64,000 nucleotides of DNA, taken from the NCBI RefSeq assembly GCF_038025025.1, contig NW_027117347.1:1-64000 (forward strand), read 5' to 3'. The position numbers and the translations under genes were made by a program. Below the pieces are notes generated by a model. That model saw only the letters and a list, made by a program, of their open reading frames with translations. It ran no database searches and was not told the origin of the DNA. Shown here in pieces: positions 24,150-35,700 of this stretch. The stretch is from Phyllosticta citribraziliensis (taxonomy: Eukaryota). How positions within the stretch are numbered: position 1 is the first letter of the stretch; every line of letters starts with the position of its first letter.

Positions 24150-24670
24150 GCTCGACGACCATCGCTCTCGGACCTCTCACGGCCAATGTGGCCTCGAAAT
24201 CCCCCGCCGACACGGCGCAGACATTGCTGGGCGCCAGCTTCGACGCGACGCGCACAAGCGCTGCCTGGGTAACTCCATTAGCTCACGCCATTGACGAGAT
24301 CTGACCGCTCGCAGACTTCTTCCAGGCTCAGCACCCGACGCCTCATCGTCAATCTCCGTTTGGCGCATGCATCCTCTGCCATGATGTCGTCCGCGAGTCC
24401 CCTCCCCAGGACCGCATCAACGTCTTTGACGCGGCTGGCTCCGCTCACCCGCGCAATTCGGGACCCCCCAAGTCGGCTTCATCGCAAACACACTCGAGAT
24501 CGCCCCGCTCTTCCGTGAGACAAGCCAAAGCCTCGGTACAATGGTCATGGTTAGAGGTTGGGTTTAGGTTTAGGCTACCAAGGGGCCACGGCGCGGCTCG
24601 CGTCATCCCTTGCGCCTTGCAAATCCTACGCCACAAACTTCCATTCTCCGTTAGGCGTCGAAACGCTTAG
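24150..24670 (+). pseudogene. Orphan pseudogene with in-frame TGA; RIP paralogue at ~34870-35700
   Basis: Reads LAHAIDEI*PLADFFQAQHP. The RIP copy has aagataggactacttactaatttcttctaggct (E-M-G-P-L-A-D-F-F-Q-A after de-RIP), i.e. GGA where this copy has TGA at 24302. Confidence 0.55.
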
Positions 24671-26055
24671 CGGGACCGAGGCCCCCAACATTGGACAGCC
24701 CCTTCCGTGGTCCGATGCGTTTGTGGAGGTAGCAATGGAGTAGGATGAGTCTGTCGCGAGCTTGGCAGTGTGATGAAGCCGCTTTTCGACACCGCGCACA
24801 AGGTAGCGCTACCTTGTCAACTTCGTGGTACGAATGGCAATGAAAGCAACGAAAACAGGCGGCCAGCCTCTTGCAATCCCCTGGACATCTCTACTGGGAC
24901 TTTCTACGCGTGCTGGATCATCCTGGCCCAGCTCCGAAATCACCGAACGCTTGCAATGCCTCACCGGCGGCAACAACAACAGCGGCCGCGGTTGGCACCA
25001 CCGCTGGCGGTGTCGAAGACACCAAAACCAACTCTCCTACCCCTCGTCTTCCGGACACGGTCCCCCCAATGATGTGTCTGAGGGCCCAGGTGGCAGCGAC
25101 GGCGAGGGCGAGGGAAGGAGGAGGGCTGAGGAGTACGTTTAAGGATCCTGTCTAGAAATCATCGGTATGCCTTCCTTTCGCTTTACCTCGTTCTTATCAC
25201 TGCGCTGACCATTCAATGCAGATTCTGTACCTGTCCATCTCTACCCCGCCGCTCTGCCGCTCTCTTTGTGGTGTCCCTGTACCATTTTCCTGTAAAACTA
25301 CCATCATCGTACGTAAAGCCTTCTCATTGCGCTAAAATCAAAGAATGAAAACCGCTTTCCTGTCATCTTCCTCTTCTTTTCCGGTCTTCACAACCGTCCA
25401 TCATACAATCATTACGTATAAGCTAACAATTTGTATAAGAACCATATCATTCCATCATGCCTGGCCAACAGCCAAGCCAAACCCACCAAAGAGCGAGATC
25501 GACAGGCCGGTGGACCAGGCACGCACCGCCGCTATCAGGAAATCTCAGACCTCGCAGCAAGATTTCGAGCCAACACACCTCCGATCCCCTCGCCCTCCTG
25601 GACCCACCACAACTTCGCGGCGAAGAGAGACAAGGAGAGGCACAGGAAGAGGGGGAGACATTCTGCTTGCGTGTTGAGCGCGAAGCTATTCTCCTCTTCT
25701 GATTGCATCGACCGTGCTTTCAACAACAGGTTGTATTCGCTCTCTTTGAGCTGTTGTGTGCGCCGCCATTCGCGAACAGCAAGAAGCAGGCAACAAAGGC
25801 TGGAACGGACACCTTATCGCCTTCGAAATACAAGGGAGATGTCCTCCCGCGCAGGCACACCTCCAATGTGGCCATGAAGAGTGGACTGACGAGGCGGCGC
25901 ATGAACCATGGGAGATGCGGACAATTTTGGACGACGTTTGAGGACAGGGTATGGAGGGCATTCTGCTTGATTCATTTTTGGCTCCCTCATGCCCATCGCG
26001 CTTCTAAGCTCCACGTCACTTGCACTAGTGTGACGTCCATGGCCCACCCTCCTTC

Positions 26056-26622
26056 TCATTCCTGGTTTTCCGTTGCGTCCTTCGCAGCTTTGAGCTCCTC
26101 GAGCTGAGCACGCAGCGCTACGCACCTGGCGCGAAGCTCTTCCTTCATGGCATCCTTCTTCTCGAGCTGATCACGCAGCGCCGCTTCCTGAGCACTCTGC
26201 TGATCCATCTGGGCACGCTGCCGATCCATCTGAGCACGTTGCTGCTCGATACGGGCATGCAGTGCCACGCTCTGGGCACGCAGCTCCGCTTCCTCGGCGT
26301 GCATGACCCTGGCCAGGAGCTGCTTGTGGTATTCTGCAAGTGTCAGTGTATGCTCCCCGAGACCAACGTTCCATGACGTACCGCAGGTGGCACAAGCGCA
26401 AGTGGACATGTCGCAAGTTGTGGCGTTGTCGTGATCGGAAGCCATTCTACGACCATCAGCTTTCCCCATGACGCCAGAGAGACGGATAATCACCTTTTGG
26501 GGGGTTTCTTCGGTATCATGCGAAAAGGGTGGGTGGAGGTGGGTGGTGTCGTTGGTGGAGATGGATGTGTGGTCTTCCGCCTTTACAACCGCAGCCCAAA
26601 CATCATCGGCGCTTCGGCACAT
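26056..26622 (-). CDS. Orphan protein (~188 aa) with CxCxxC motif and C-terminal coiled coil
   Basis: ATG at 26622 is in frame with ORF 26056..26784. TCACATCG is followed by repeated ELRAQ/QRAQMD heptads. Confidence 0.65.
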   Translation of the reverse strand: MCRSADDVWAAVVKAEDHTSISTNDTTHLHPPFSHDTEETPQKVIIRLSGVMGKADGRRMASDHDNATTCDMSTCACATCGTSWNVGLGEHTLTLAEYHKQLLARVMHAEEAELRAQSVALHARIEQQRAQMDRQRAQMDQQSAQEAALRDQLEKKDAMKEELRARCVALRAQLEELKAAKDATENQE

Positions 26623-26709
26623 TGATTCCGGTAGCGCCTGGACGGCCAGGAAGGTGGCACATGTTGGAAAAACTACAGAATCACAGGCACGCAAGCAGAA
26701 GGATGTGGG

Positions 26710-27490
26710 CTGGAGAGGCAGGCTGGAGTTTGGGAGCACGGAGATGGCGCTGCGGCTTTGGAGGATGTGAGGTACGCCATTCACTGCACTTTTACTTCAT
26801 GATATTGGCTGGGCAGACGGATTGTATTCAATGACTAACTTGTGATCCCAGAAGCCCACCCCTTCATAAAACGTCCCACCTGAAAGGTCGGCATTGTGCC
26901 GCACGTTCAACCGGACCTGCAATCGTCAGTGTTGAGCTCCGCGGCGCAGGATGAAAAATTACTTGGGAGCCGAGTCATTGGCAGAGGAGCCGCTGGCTGC
27001 GAGCTGAGCCTGAAGGCTGTCGATGATGGCATCCTTGTCATTGATGATGGCATCCTTCTCTCTGACCTGGGTCTGGAGGCCGTTGATGACATCGTCCTTG
27101 CCCTTGAGCTCAGCCTGAAGGCCGTTGATGACTTCGATTGTCAGCGAGAGCCGGTCCGCAGCCGACGGCATGGAAAGCTGAGAGAAAGGACGGCGGGGTG
27201 CCCTTCTTTGCAGGAGAGGTGGGGAGGGCGGCGGGGCGGCAATGCGCGCGCCTTTGTCGGCGATCGCGTGAGGCATCTACGGCAATTAGTCTGGATGTTG
27301 GTGGGAGCGCTCGCACTGGTTGACTTACCTTGGAAGATTTGGTTTAATTGAGGGAGGGCAGGGTTGAATTTCGCGGTGGTGGGTTGAAGGTGGTTGTCCA
27401 CGGCATGCCAAACCACTCACCGAAGTCACCAGAGCACCAGAAGCGAGCGACGCACAGGCCCTATCTACACCACCAAGACGCCCGCTCCAG
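26710..27490. repeat. Segmental duplication copy B (pairs with 21105-21790)
   Basis: Same shared blocks as copy A, in direct orientation about 5.6 kb away. Confidence 0.9.
26907..27276 (-). CDS. Small coiled-coil orphan protein, paralogue B
   Basis: ELKGKDDVINGLQTQVREKDAII matches ELKDKDDIIDGLQTQVKDKDAMI in paralogue A, with conserved intron positions and the KSG* end. Confidence 0.75.
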
Positions 27491-27682
27491 CCATCACCAA
27501 TCTTCGAAATCTGCAATCACGTTGAGCACTCACAGTTCACGGGAAAATCCTGCATGCTCATTCACGATACTTGATCACTTGGAGACTGCTTGGGTGGGCA
27601 GATTTTGATTGCTGCCTACCCCGAGACGTCACCTACGCACAGAGAAACCATCATTCCAGCAAGCCCCGGTCCGCCGAGAAGC

Positions 27683-28125
27683 TCACTTCTTGTCCTCGCC
27701 CTCAGCCTTGATCTCGTACTTGACGTCGGGGTGGGTCTTGGCTTCGCCAAGGAGGACCTGCAACTCCTTCAAGAGGGCATGGTAGTCTTCAATCTTCACA
27801 CCGTCCTTGCCGTCGAGCTCGGAAATCTTGCCAGCGAACACGTTGTCGAGCTGGTGCTTGATGTCGACGAGGTCGAAGGTGTCGGCGAGGTAGTTGATCG
27901 CCTCCAAGAACTCCTCAACCTTGCGCTTGCAGGCGTCGATGGTACCGACTGAAAGGTCAGCAAGCGACAAAATGTGGCGATTCGGTACTTACTGCCGGCG
28001 AGAATGTGGTGAGCGAGCAAGAGTCTCTCGTATGCGTCGTTGATGTCAGGCTTCGGGCCGGCTGCGACTGTTGGCAAAGCACACAAGAGTTTTGGAAGCT
28101 ACTCACGAGTGGTATTGTCGGACAT
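27683..28125 (-). CDS. Three-exon helical orphan protein (~120 aa)
   Basis: TATA box GGTATAAAAG at ~28272-28263, a 5' UTR intron, ATG at 28125 and introns GTGAGT..CAACAG and GTAAGT..CTGAC..TCAG give MSDNTTLAAGPKPDINDAYERLLLAHHILAGIGTIDACKRKVEEFL...EDKK. Confidence 0.8.
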
Positions 28126-28865
28126 GGTTTCTGCTGCGTCCTGTCAGTGGCGCCCGTCGCAGAGGGCGAGTGGGCTTACCTTTGAGTTTGGTATCGGAGA
28201 GGAGGGTGATGGATGAAAGGTGTGGTGGGAAGATGGATGGCGGATCGAGAGGGGGAAGCCGACCTTTTATACCCCAGCATGAGTGTCTGCGGGCGGCTGT
28301 CAAGGTCAGGTGAATGTTTGCCAGGCCAGGCCTCTTCCAACCACGCCCACAAACCGCTGGCACGCGCCTGAAATCAGCAAGCAGCACGCCTTTCTCCGTT
28401 GGTGCCTAGCAATGGCGTCAGTTTTGCCACTCAAAATGAGTCTGCGGTGCCACAACGTCGGGTCCGGTAGTCATGCAGTCAAGGAACGTTGCCATCCGGC
28501 TTGATGAATACTGCCGAGGTTATCAAGAGCATGACCAGGCTTCAGCCAACGTTTGCACATCTGATTGAGCCAATATGTTTGCAAACGCTTCTTGATTCTA
28601 CCGTTTTCTGCACCAACAGAATGTGGAAATTGGGTGGAAGGGATTTTATTTGCTACTCAATGGCGGCAGCAACCTCTCCCTGAGCCTCTGGAACTGCTCC
28701 TCCGGGAGCGCGAATTTGTGGAGACGAAAAAAGGCATCACAAAGCACCAAGCTGTAGAGAAATCTCTCCATTCTTTCTAATTCCTCGTCCTTTGAATCCC
28801 AATTGTTTTGAATCCCGATTTTTCCAATCCCGGTTGTCCTTCGATCCTTGTCCTTCTAGCCCATC

Positions 28866-30506
28866 TCAATCACCAGCAATCCAGTGGGAGATTTCGTCGA
28901 GACTGGTCATCTTACTGTCGAGAGGCATCATCAAGAAACCGACGCCTTTGGGGCGGAGTTTGATACACGGGCGTTTTTTCTGCCTGCAGACGCCGCAGGC
29001 TTTGCTGGCAGCCTTTGCTGACGCGTGACCCACGCCCCTGGAATCGAGATGAGCCGTCATGTAGCAGACTCCTTTCTTTGCATTTTTGCTGGTCGCTTGC
29101 ACCGCAACCCGATGAACCTTATCATCGTCCTGGGAAGATTCCATGCACAAGCGCCTGATCTCTTGCCTGAGCGCAGAGGGCCATTCTTGATACACTGTTT
29201 CTTCCCCGTTTGACTTGGCCCACAGATTGGTGAGAACATCGGACCACCCCTTTTTGCGAGATCCACCGTCACGGGAAGGGTCTTCCGTGTTCTCCTCGTC
29301 ATCCACATTCTCCTGTCCGGCAGAGGGTTCCAAGTCTGCGTCTTCGAGTCCTTCTTCGCCAGCGTCGAGAGACTGCTCACGAGCAGGCTGACCAGAACCG
29401 GTCCACGAATGCTCCCCAGACTGCCCACGAAGACCTACAGACTGGCGCCGACTGACAGGCTGGCCGGGGGCGAGAGACTGCTCAGGGTCAACGTCCAGAA
29501 GTTGGCCACGACCCTTAGACCGGGTGCGACGGATGGGGGCAGGCTGTCCACCACTGGTGCGTGAATGCTCTGCTGCAGCAGGCTGCTCACCACTGGCAGA
29601 CTGGCGACGACTGGCAGGCTGGCCGGGAGCGACAGACTGCTCAGGGCCAACGTCCAGAGGTTGGCCACGACCCATAGACCGGGTGCGACGGACAGGACGT
29701 TGGGCAGGCGGGCCCCGATCGGGATCGAGAGGCTGGCCACTGGGAGTCTCTTGGAGGGGAACGGGGGAAGATGATAGTAGATTGGGGTCGGCAATTGGAG
29801 AGTCGACATTCAAATCGGGACGGCGCAGTTTGTTGGCAAACTCGTCGCGGCTGACCGCCACCTCTCGCCCTGTGGCGTCTGGGGCGTAGGTTGCAGCTTT
29901 GGCTGGCTTGGTGGGGGGTGGAAGGTCCTCCGCTTTTGCCTCCGCCTTTTTCGCCGCTTTCGCCGCTGCTCTTGCTGCCATCTTTGCCCTTACAGCGTCC
30001 AGTGCTGCTTCTGCTGCTGACGAATCCTTCAGATCTGGGGCGAAGGGGTTGGTTGGAGCGCCACCCAGGCCAGTTTCATGGGGGTCTTGCGACAGGCCAG
30101 CGGGAGGAGCCTCTCTGGTGGCGCCACGGGGGTTTTGAATTGGACCACCACCGAGGCCAGCGCCACGGGGGTTTTGAGTGGGAGCACGACCAGTGCCACG
30201 GGGGTTTTGAATTGGACCACCACCAAGGCCAGCGCCACGGGGGTTTTGAATTGGACCACCACCAAGGCCAGCGCCATGGGGGTTTTGAGTGGGAGCACGA
30301 CTAGTGCCACGGGGGTTTTGAATTGGACCACTACTAAGGCTAGTGCCACGGGGGTTTTGAATTGGACCACTACCAAGGCCAGTGCTATAGGGGTTTTGAG
30401 TGGGACCATGACTAAAGCCGGCGCCACGGGGGTTGTGAAGACTGGGGGGCAGATCTCTAGGAGTACTAGTAATGACAGAGCTATATAGATTGTTAGTTAT
30501 ATGCAT
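28866..30506 (-). CDS. Surviving 3' part (546 aa ORF) of a large low-complexity protein with GAGLGGGPIQNPR repeats and a C-terminal C..CxxC-x6-C motif; 5' part RIP-damaged
   Basis: Longest ORF in the window, with tandem 13/10-aa repeats at 30125-30435, a duplicated RRTRSxGRGQxLDVxPEQS block and KACGVCRQKKRPC. Coding-like RIP sequence continues upstream to an ATG CCG CCT AAA at 31498. Confidence 0.75.
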   Translation of the reverse strand: MHITNNLYSSVITSTPRDLPPSLHNPRGAGFSHGPTQNPYSTGLGSGPIQNPRGTSLSSGPIQNPRGTSRAPTQNPHGAGLGGGPIQNPRGAGLGGGPIQNPRGTGRAPTQNPRGAGLGGGPIQNPRGATREAPPAGLSQDPHETGLGGAPTNPFAPDLKDSSAAEAALDAVRAKMAARAAAKAAKKAEAKAEDLPPPTKPAKAATYAPDATGREVAVSRDEFANKLRRPDLNVDSPIADPNLLSSSPVPLQETPSGQPLDPDRGPPAQRPVRRTRSMGRGQPLDVGPEQSVAPGQPASRRQSASGEQPAAAEHSRTSGGQPAPIRRTRSKGRGQLLDVDPEQSLAPGQPVSRRQSVGLRGQSGEHSWTGSGQPAREQSLDAGEEGLEDADLEPSAGQENVDDEENTEDPSRDGGSRKKGWSDVLTNLWAKSNGEETVYQEWPSALRQEIRRLCMESSQDDDKVHRVAVQATSKNAKKGVCYMTAHLDSRGVGHASAKAASKACGVCRQKKRPCIKLRPKGVGFLMMPLDSKMTSLDEISHWIAGD

Positions 30507-31218
30507 AGCGGTAGAAAAGGCTTCTCTATGAATATAAGGAAGACTGAGACTATATCTAGATACTAGAAGTATTAGTGCTATAGCGATATTAGGTAAATGG
30601 CTGAGGTCTTTACTAGAATAGACTTACTTTAGGCCTCTAGGCTAGTTTGCCCTTATAGATAGGCTAGATATCTCTAGGAATTTATCTATTTTACCTTTCT
30701 AAGAAGGAGAGTATGGCCTCTTATAATAGCTAGGTTAGCTTTTACTTTTAGATTAAGAATCCTATAGTAAATAAAAGCCTAGGTCTTTAGTCTCTAGACT
30801 ACTAGTAAAGGACTCCTCTATATTTACTTTAGATAATATCTCCCTTATATAGTAAGAGAAATAACTAGCTTAGGTTAGCTCCCTTAAGTAGTAAGTAAGA
30901 TGGCTAGTATATAGGAGAGTCTTATTATTAGATAATCTTTCTAGAGTAGAGTCTATTAATATTATATTAGTTAAAGGAGTTCTAATATCTTATAGAGGTA
31001 TAGCACTCTACTAGGGTAATTATCTAAGTAGGTAATATAGGAGTATTTATACCTAGTACTAGGAGCTATTATTAAGGGCCGTATAAGTATTATATAACTA
31101 TAAGTTTATAAGTATAAAGGCAGCCTTTCTAGTATCTCTAGGTTATTAGATTCCTTTAAGGAGGGAGTTATAGAAGATATATTAGATATACTACTACTTA
31201 TCTTAATAGAATTTTCTA

Positions 31219-31355
31219 TAGTAGAGGTAGGAGTATTTATATATAATAGACTAGTAGAGGTAGGAGTATTTAAATATAATAGACTAGTAGAGATAGGAGT
31301 ATTTATATATAATATAACTATAGTAGTAGGAGTATTTATATATAATATACTAGTA
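31219..31355. repeat. 33-bp tandem repeat x4 inside a RIP-damaged coding relic
   Basis: TAGTAGAGGTAGGAGTATTTATATATAATAGAC repeated. Confidence 0.85.
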
Positions 31356-34300
31356 GTAGTAGCTTAACCCCTTAGTATAGAGATATTACCCTTATCTTTA
31401 GACTTACTATATTCCTTAAGCTTCTCTATTTTCTAATAGATGTCCTTAGTTTTTTTAATTAAGTTTTATATATTCTTAATATTAATTTTAGGCGGCATTC
31501 TTAAAATATTAGTAATATCTAATATATAAAGTGCTAGTCTTACTTATTAATAGGTAGATTAGGTAGCCAGCCCTATTAAAATACTTAATAGTTAATAGAG
31601 GTAGTTATTTAGTAGTTACTTTAGTTAGTAGTTATCTTAGGGTTATAGCTAAGTAATAGGACGGCAATATTTTTAGCCCTATACTATAAGTAAATACTCC
31701 CTAGTAGAACTAGAATCTTTAAGTAGATACTCTATTTATATAGGCCTATAGGGATTAAGCTATAAATAAATAGTTCCTATATAATTAATAGCTAGTCTCT
31801 AGATATTTCTATCTACCTATAACCTACTTTAGGCTAGCTTTATTAGTTCTAGTACTATCTTACTTAGGTATAGTAGGTAGCTATACTAACTAGGCTATTA
31901 TCTAGTATAGTACTACTCTAATTCTCTACTACTAGACTTATAATACTCTTTTATTCCTATAACTATAGTATCTCTAGGTAAATAGTATACTAATATCCTC
32001 CCTTATCTAAAGGATAATATCTTTAATAACTCTAATATCTCTTATAACTCTAATATCCTTAAAGCTAGTAAATATAGCTAGTCCCTAGTATCTAAGATCC
32101 TAGACTCCTACCCTAATAAAGAAACCTTTAGTATATTAAGTATAATTTATTTTATAATAAGAGTTAGAGCTAACTTTATTCTAGTTAATAAGTATACTAA
32201 TACTTAGAGCAGCGCGTCTATCTATTACTAAGAGATAAGAAATATTAATAGTAAGGAATAGCTAAGCTTGCTTTAAATAATAGGGCTAACCTCTATAGAT
32301 ATATAGTATAACTATATATAGCTTTACTAAGTATACTTAGAACTTACTAATAATATTAAGGCTATAGACTAGCTTAATATTAGAAAGGAGAAGGAGATTT
32401 ATAACTTATATACCCTTAATAGAGACTTATATAAGGCTATAGAAAAAGCTAAAGCTAACTTAGTACTAGTAATTAAATCTTAGCTCTTAACCCTTATATT
32501 AAAAGAAGAAGTCTCCTAGCTTACTAAAAAGGTTAAATCACTTATTCTTAAGATTAATAATATAGCTAATACTATTTCTTAGCTTAGTAATATAGTTAGA
32601 GCACTCTATATAAGGGATTATAGACTAGAGGATATTAAAGGTAAAGGTTAAGTAAGTATATTATTAAGGAGGATAGTAAGTACTACTACCCTTTCTACTA
32701 TATTATTAATAGCTAAGGCTAAGGCTATAGTTAAGTAATACTATAGTAGTTTACCTTATATATAACCTAGTAGTATATTTAAGTCTATAGGTATACTTAC
32801 TAGCCCTAGTATATCTACCCTCTCCTTATACTAATAGGCTACCTAAACTATTAGCCTAGTTTATACTTATAGCCCTAAAAAGGGACTTAGTTAGTATACT
32901 ATAACTCTAAGTAAACCTTCCCTTACCCCTTAAGGTAGCCCTATTACGCCGTCTACCCTACGCCCTAAGAATTTTATTAAAAAAACAGTAAAAAGGATGG
33001 CTTTATAGACTAAGTATAATAAGTAACCTAGTACTAATAAGGACCTTCTATAGTTAAGGCTTATTATAAGCTATATATAGTAGTTAGGAAAGGGCTAGAG
33101 TTAGTTAAGTAGAGTATAATAGTATAATATAGACTCTTTCCCCTTTTAAGACCTATTTATAATAAAGTAAAGAGATTTAAAGGTTTTAATATATTATAAT
33201 AACTATAAACTTAAATCCTCTAGTATAGTTAATATAACTAGAGGAGAAGAATAGAAAGCTTTAGACCTAACTTATAAATAGTATTACTAACTAGTAAAGA
33301 TAGATAAGGCATATAAGGTTATTTCTACTATAATTAGCCCTAGAATAATTATTATTAGTTATTAGTATAGGGTCTAGATAGTAGATAAATAATCCCTAAT
33401 AGATAAGATTAATTTATTATATACTATAACTTTTATAATTAGGCTATAGATATAGCTATCTAAGTAGACTAGTCATCCTCTAGCTACCTAATAGTAGCCT
33501 ATTTATAGCCTAAGATATACTAGTAACACTTTATTCTCTAGAAATAAAAGGGAAGTAGAGATAATTAATACATTTAAATCTATATAAGAAGGTTAGGAAA
33601 TAAGTCTAATTTTAAAGTATAAAGTAGATGCCTATTTTATAATCTATTTTTTATAAGTGTCCTAGCCTATAATACTATTATAGCTGCTTTAATCTAAAGC
33701 TTAAAGACTAGTAATTAGGAGCTATTATCCCTATACTTAAATAATCCTATCTAGTATCTTAATATCCTACTACCTAAGCTGGCTAACCTTATTTCTACTA
33801 TAAGAAGTAGCCTATAACTACCTTATATCCTATTAGAGTAGTCTTAGTCCTTATAACTATAATAGTAGGCTCTAGATCTCTATCCCTAGAAGTAGTATCT
33901 ACTATATAGGCTTATTATCTTTTTAGCTTAGCTTTATCTCCTCCCTACTTCTTATACTTCTAACCTAGGTAGAGTTAGCATCTTATAATTAAGTAAAGTA
34001 GTAGAGAGTTACTAAGGGTCTCTTCTCTTATACTCCTAGTATAAACTAGTTACTTAAGTTCTATAATATAATCCTATAACTAGGTAAGCTTATTATAGAG
34101 GTTACTAGTTTAATCTTCTAAGTAGAAAATATTAGCCTTAAGCTTAGAGTTATCTAGGAATATTAGTACTACCTATAATAGAAAGATCTAACCTACTATA
34201 AATAGTCTCTACTTTATACTTATATGCTTTATTTAGCTCCTCCTAAGATACTATAGAGTTAGTAGGAAGCTCCTTAGGGCTTATCTTAATATATAAGTAG

Positions 34301-34869
34301 TATGGCTTTACTATCTAATCTAAATATATAGCTATAGTAGAGGAGGGGTCGTAAATTATAGCTAATATAGTAGATAGGAAGATAGAGTTAACTATATTAA
34401 ATTTAAATAGATTTAATCTAAGAAGAGGATAGGAGTAGACGTAGTAGTAGATATAGAATATTTATATAGGCCCTCTTAATCTAATAACTACCTAAATACC
34501 TATTATCTATTTAGCTTTCTAGCTTTTTTTAGAATATATAGGACTAGACTTACTTCTTATAGTATATTAATCCTTACTACTATTTAGTAGGATTCTATTT
34601 AAGAAGTATTTAGACCCTATAAAGCTTACTACTATATAGTACTCTAGCTAGGGATCGCTATACTAGCTAAATAAAAAGGGAGGGAGCTTTAATAACTACT
34701 TTAATATACCTAGACTAATTTATAACGCCTAGGCTAGTTACTTTTAGAAATTATTTAAGATAGATAAGAAATTTTCTATTAGTAGCTAGAGGGCATATAG
34801 AGCGACGCATAAATTACTCCTAGTAAGGGTATATAATATACTATAGTAATAGAGATGCTATAGTATTAT

Positions 34870-35700
34870 TAGTAGTAGTTAGTAGTTAAGGTAGCTAGGC
34901 CTAAGTATACTAGTCTAGTTATAGAATATACTACTACTCTTTTAACTATTTCCTCTATCTCTTCTTTTTATCTAGATAATATAACACGCTTAACTACTAC
35001 TATTACTCTTAGACTTCTTATAGCTAGAGTGACCTTAAAATTCCTACTATAGGGTAGATATTACTAGGCGCCTAGATAACTTTCTCTATTAGCTTATACT
35101 ATTAATAAGATAGGACTACTTACTAATTTCTTCTAGGCTATATAGTACCTAATCCCTTATCCTTAATCTCTACTTAGTATATTATACGCTCTCTACTATA
35201 CTCTTAGCTCTTTTATTATCTATAGGCTACCTACTACTTACTAGGGCTAGATACTTTTAATATAACTAGCTCTACTCCTACTATAATATACTTATATATA
35301 TAGTCTAGGATGCTCCCTAGGTTACCTTTATTAAAAATAGACTTAAGATTTATCCTCTATAAGATAATTATAAGACCTTAGTATAATAGTTATAGATAGA
35401 GGTTAGGTTTAGGTTTAGACTACTAAGGGGCTATAGCGCGGCTTATATTATCCCTTATACCTTATAAATCCTATATATACTATAAACTTCTAATCTCTAT
35501 TAGGTATTAAAAAGCTTATTAGTAGAACTAAGGCCCCTAATATTAGATAGTAGTAAAGTAGGATATATTACTATATACTAGAGACTTACTACCTTATTAA
35601 CTTTATAATTTAAAGGGTAATAAAAGTAATAGAAATAGGCTACTAGCTATATTATAATCTACTAGATATATTTACTAAAGACTTTCTATATATACTAGAG
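34870..35700 (+). pseudogene. RIP-inactivated paralogue of 24040-24920
   Basis: For example 35398 gaggttaggtttaggtttagactactaaggggctatagcgcggcttatattatcccttataccttataaatcc versus 24554 gaggttgggtttaggtttaggctaccaaggggccacggcgcggctcgcgtcatcccttgcgccttgcaaatcc. Confidence 0.9.

Noticed and set aside
24555..24575. Interstitial telomere-like GGTTGGGTTTAGGTTTAGG
   Set aside because: Not true TTAGGG repeats; it is part of a duplicated gene region also present at ~35400.
113..30500. Telomere-linked RecQ helicase (TLH) or Starship captain (DUF3435 tyrosine recombinase)
   Set aside because: No helicase or tyrosine-recombinase motifs are recognisable in the intact ORFs. A heavily RIPed copy elsewhere in the window cannot be excluded by eye.
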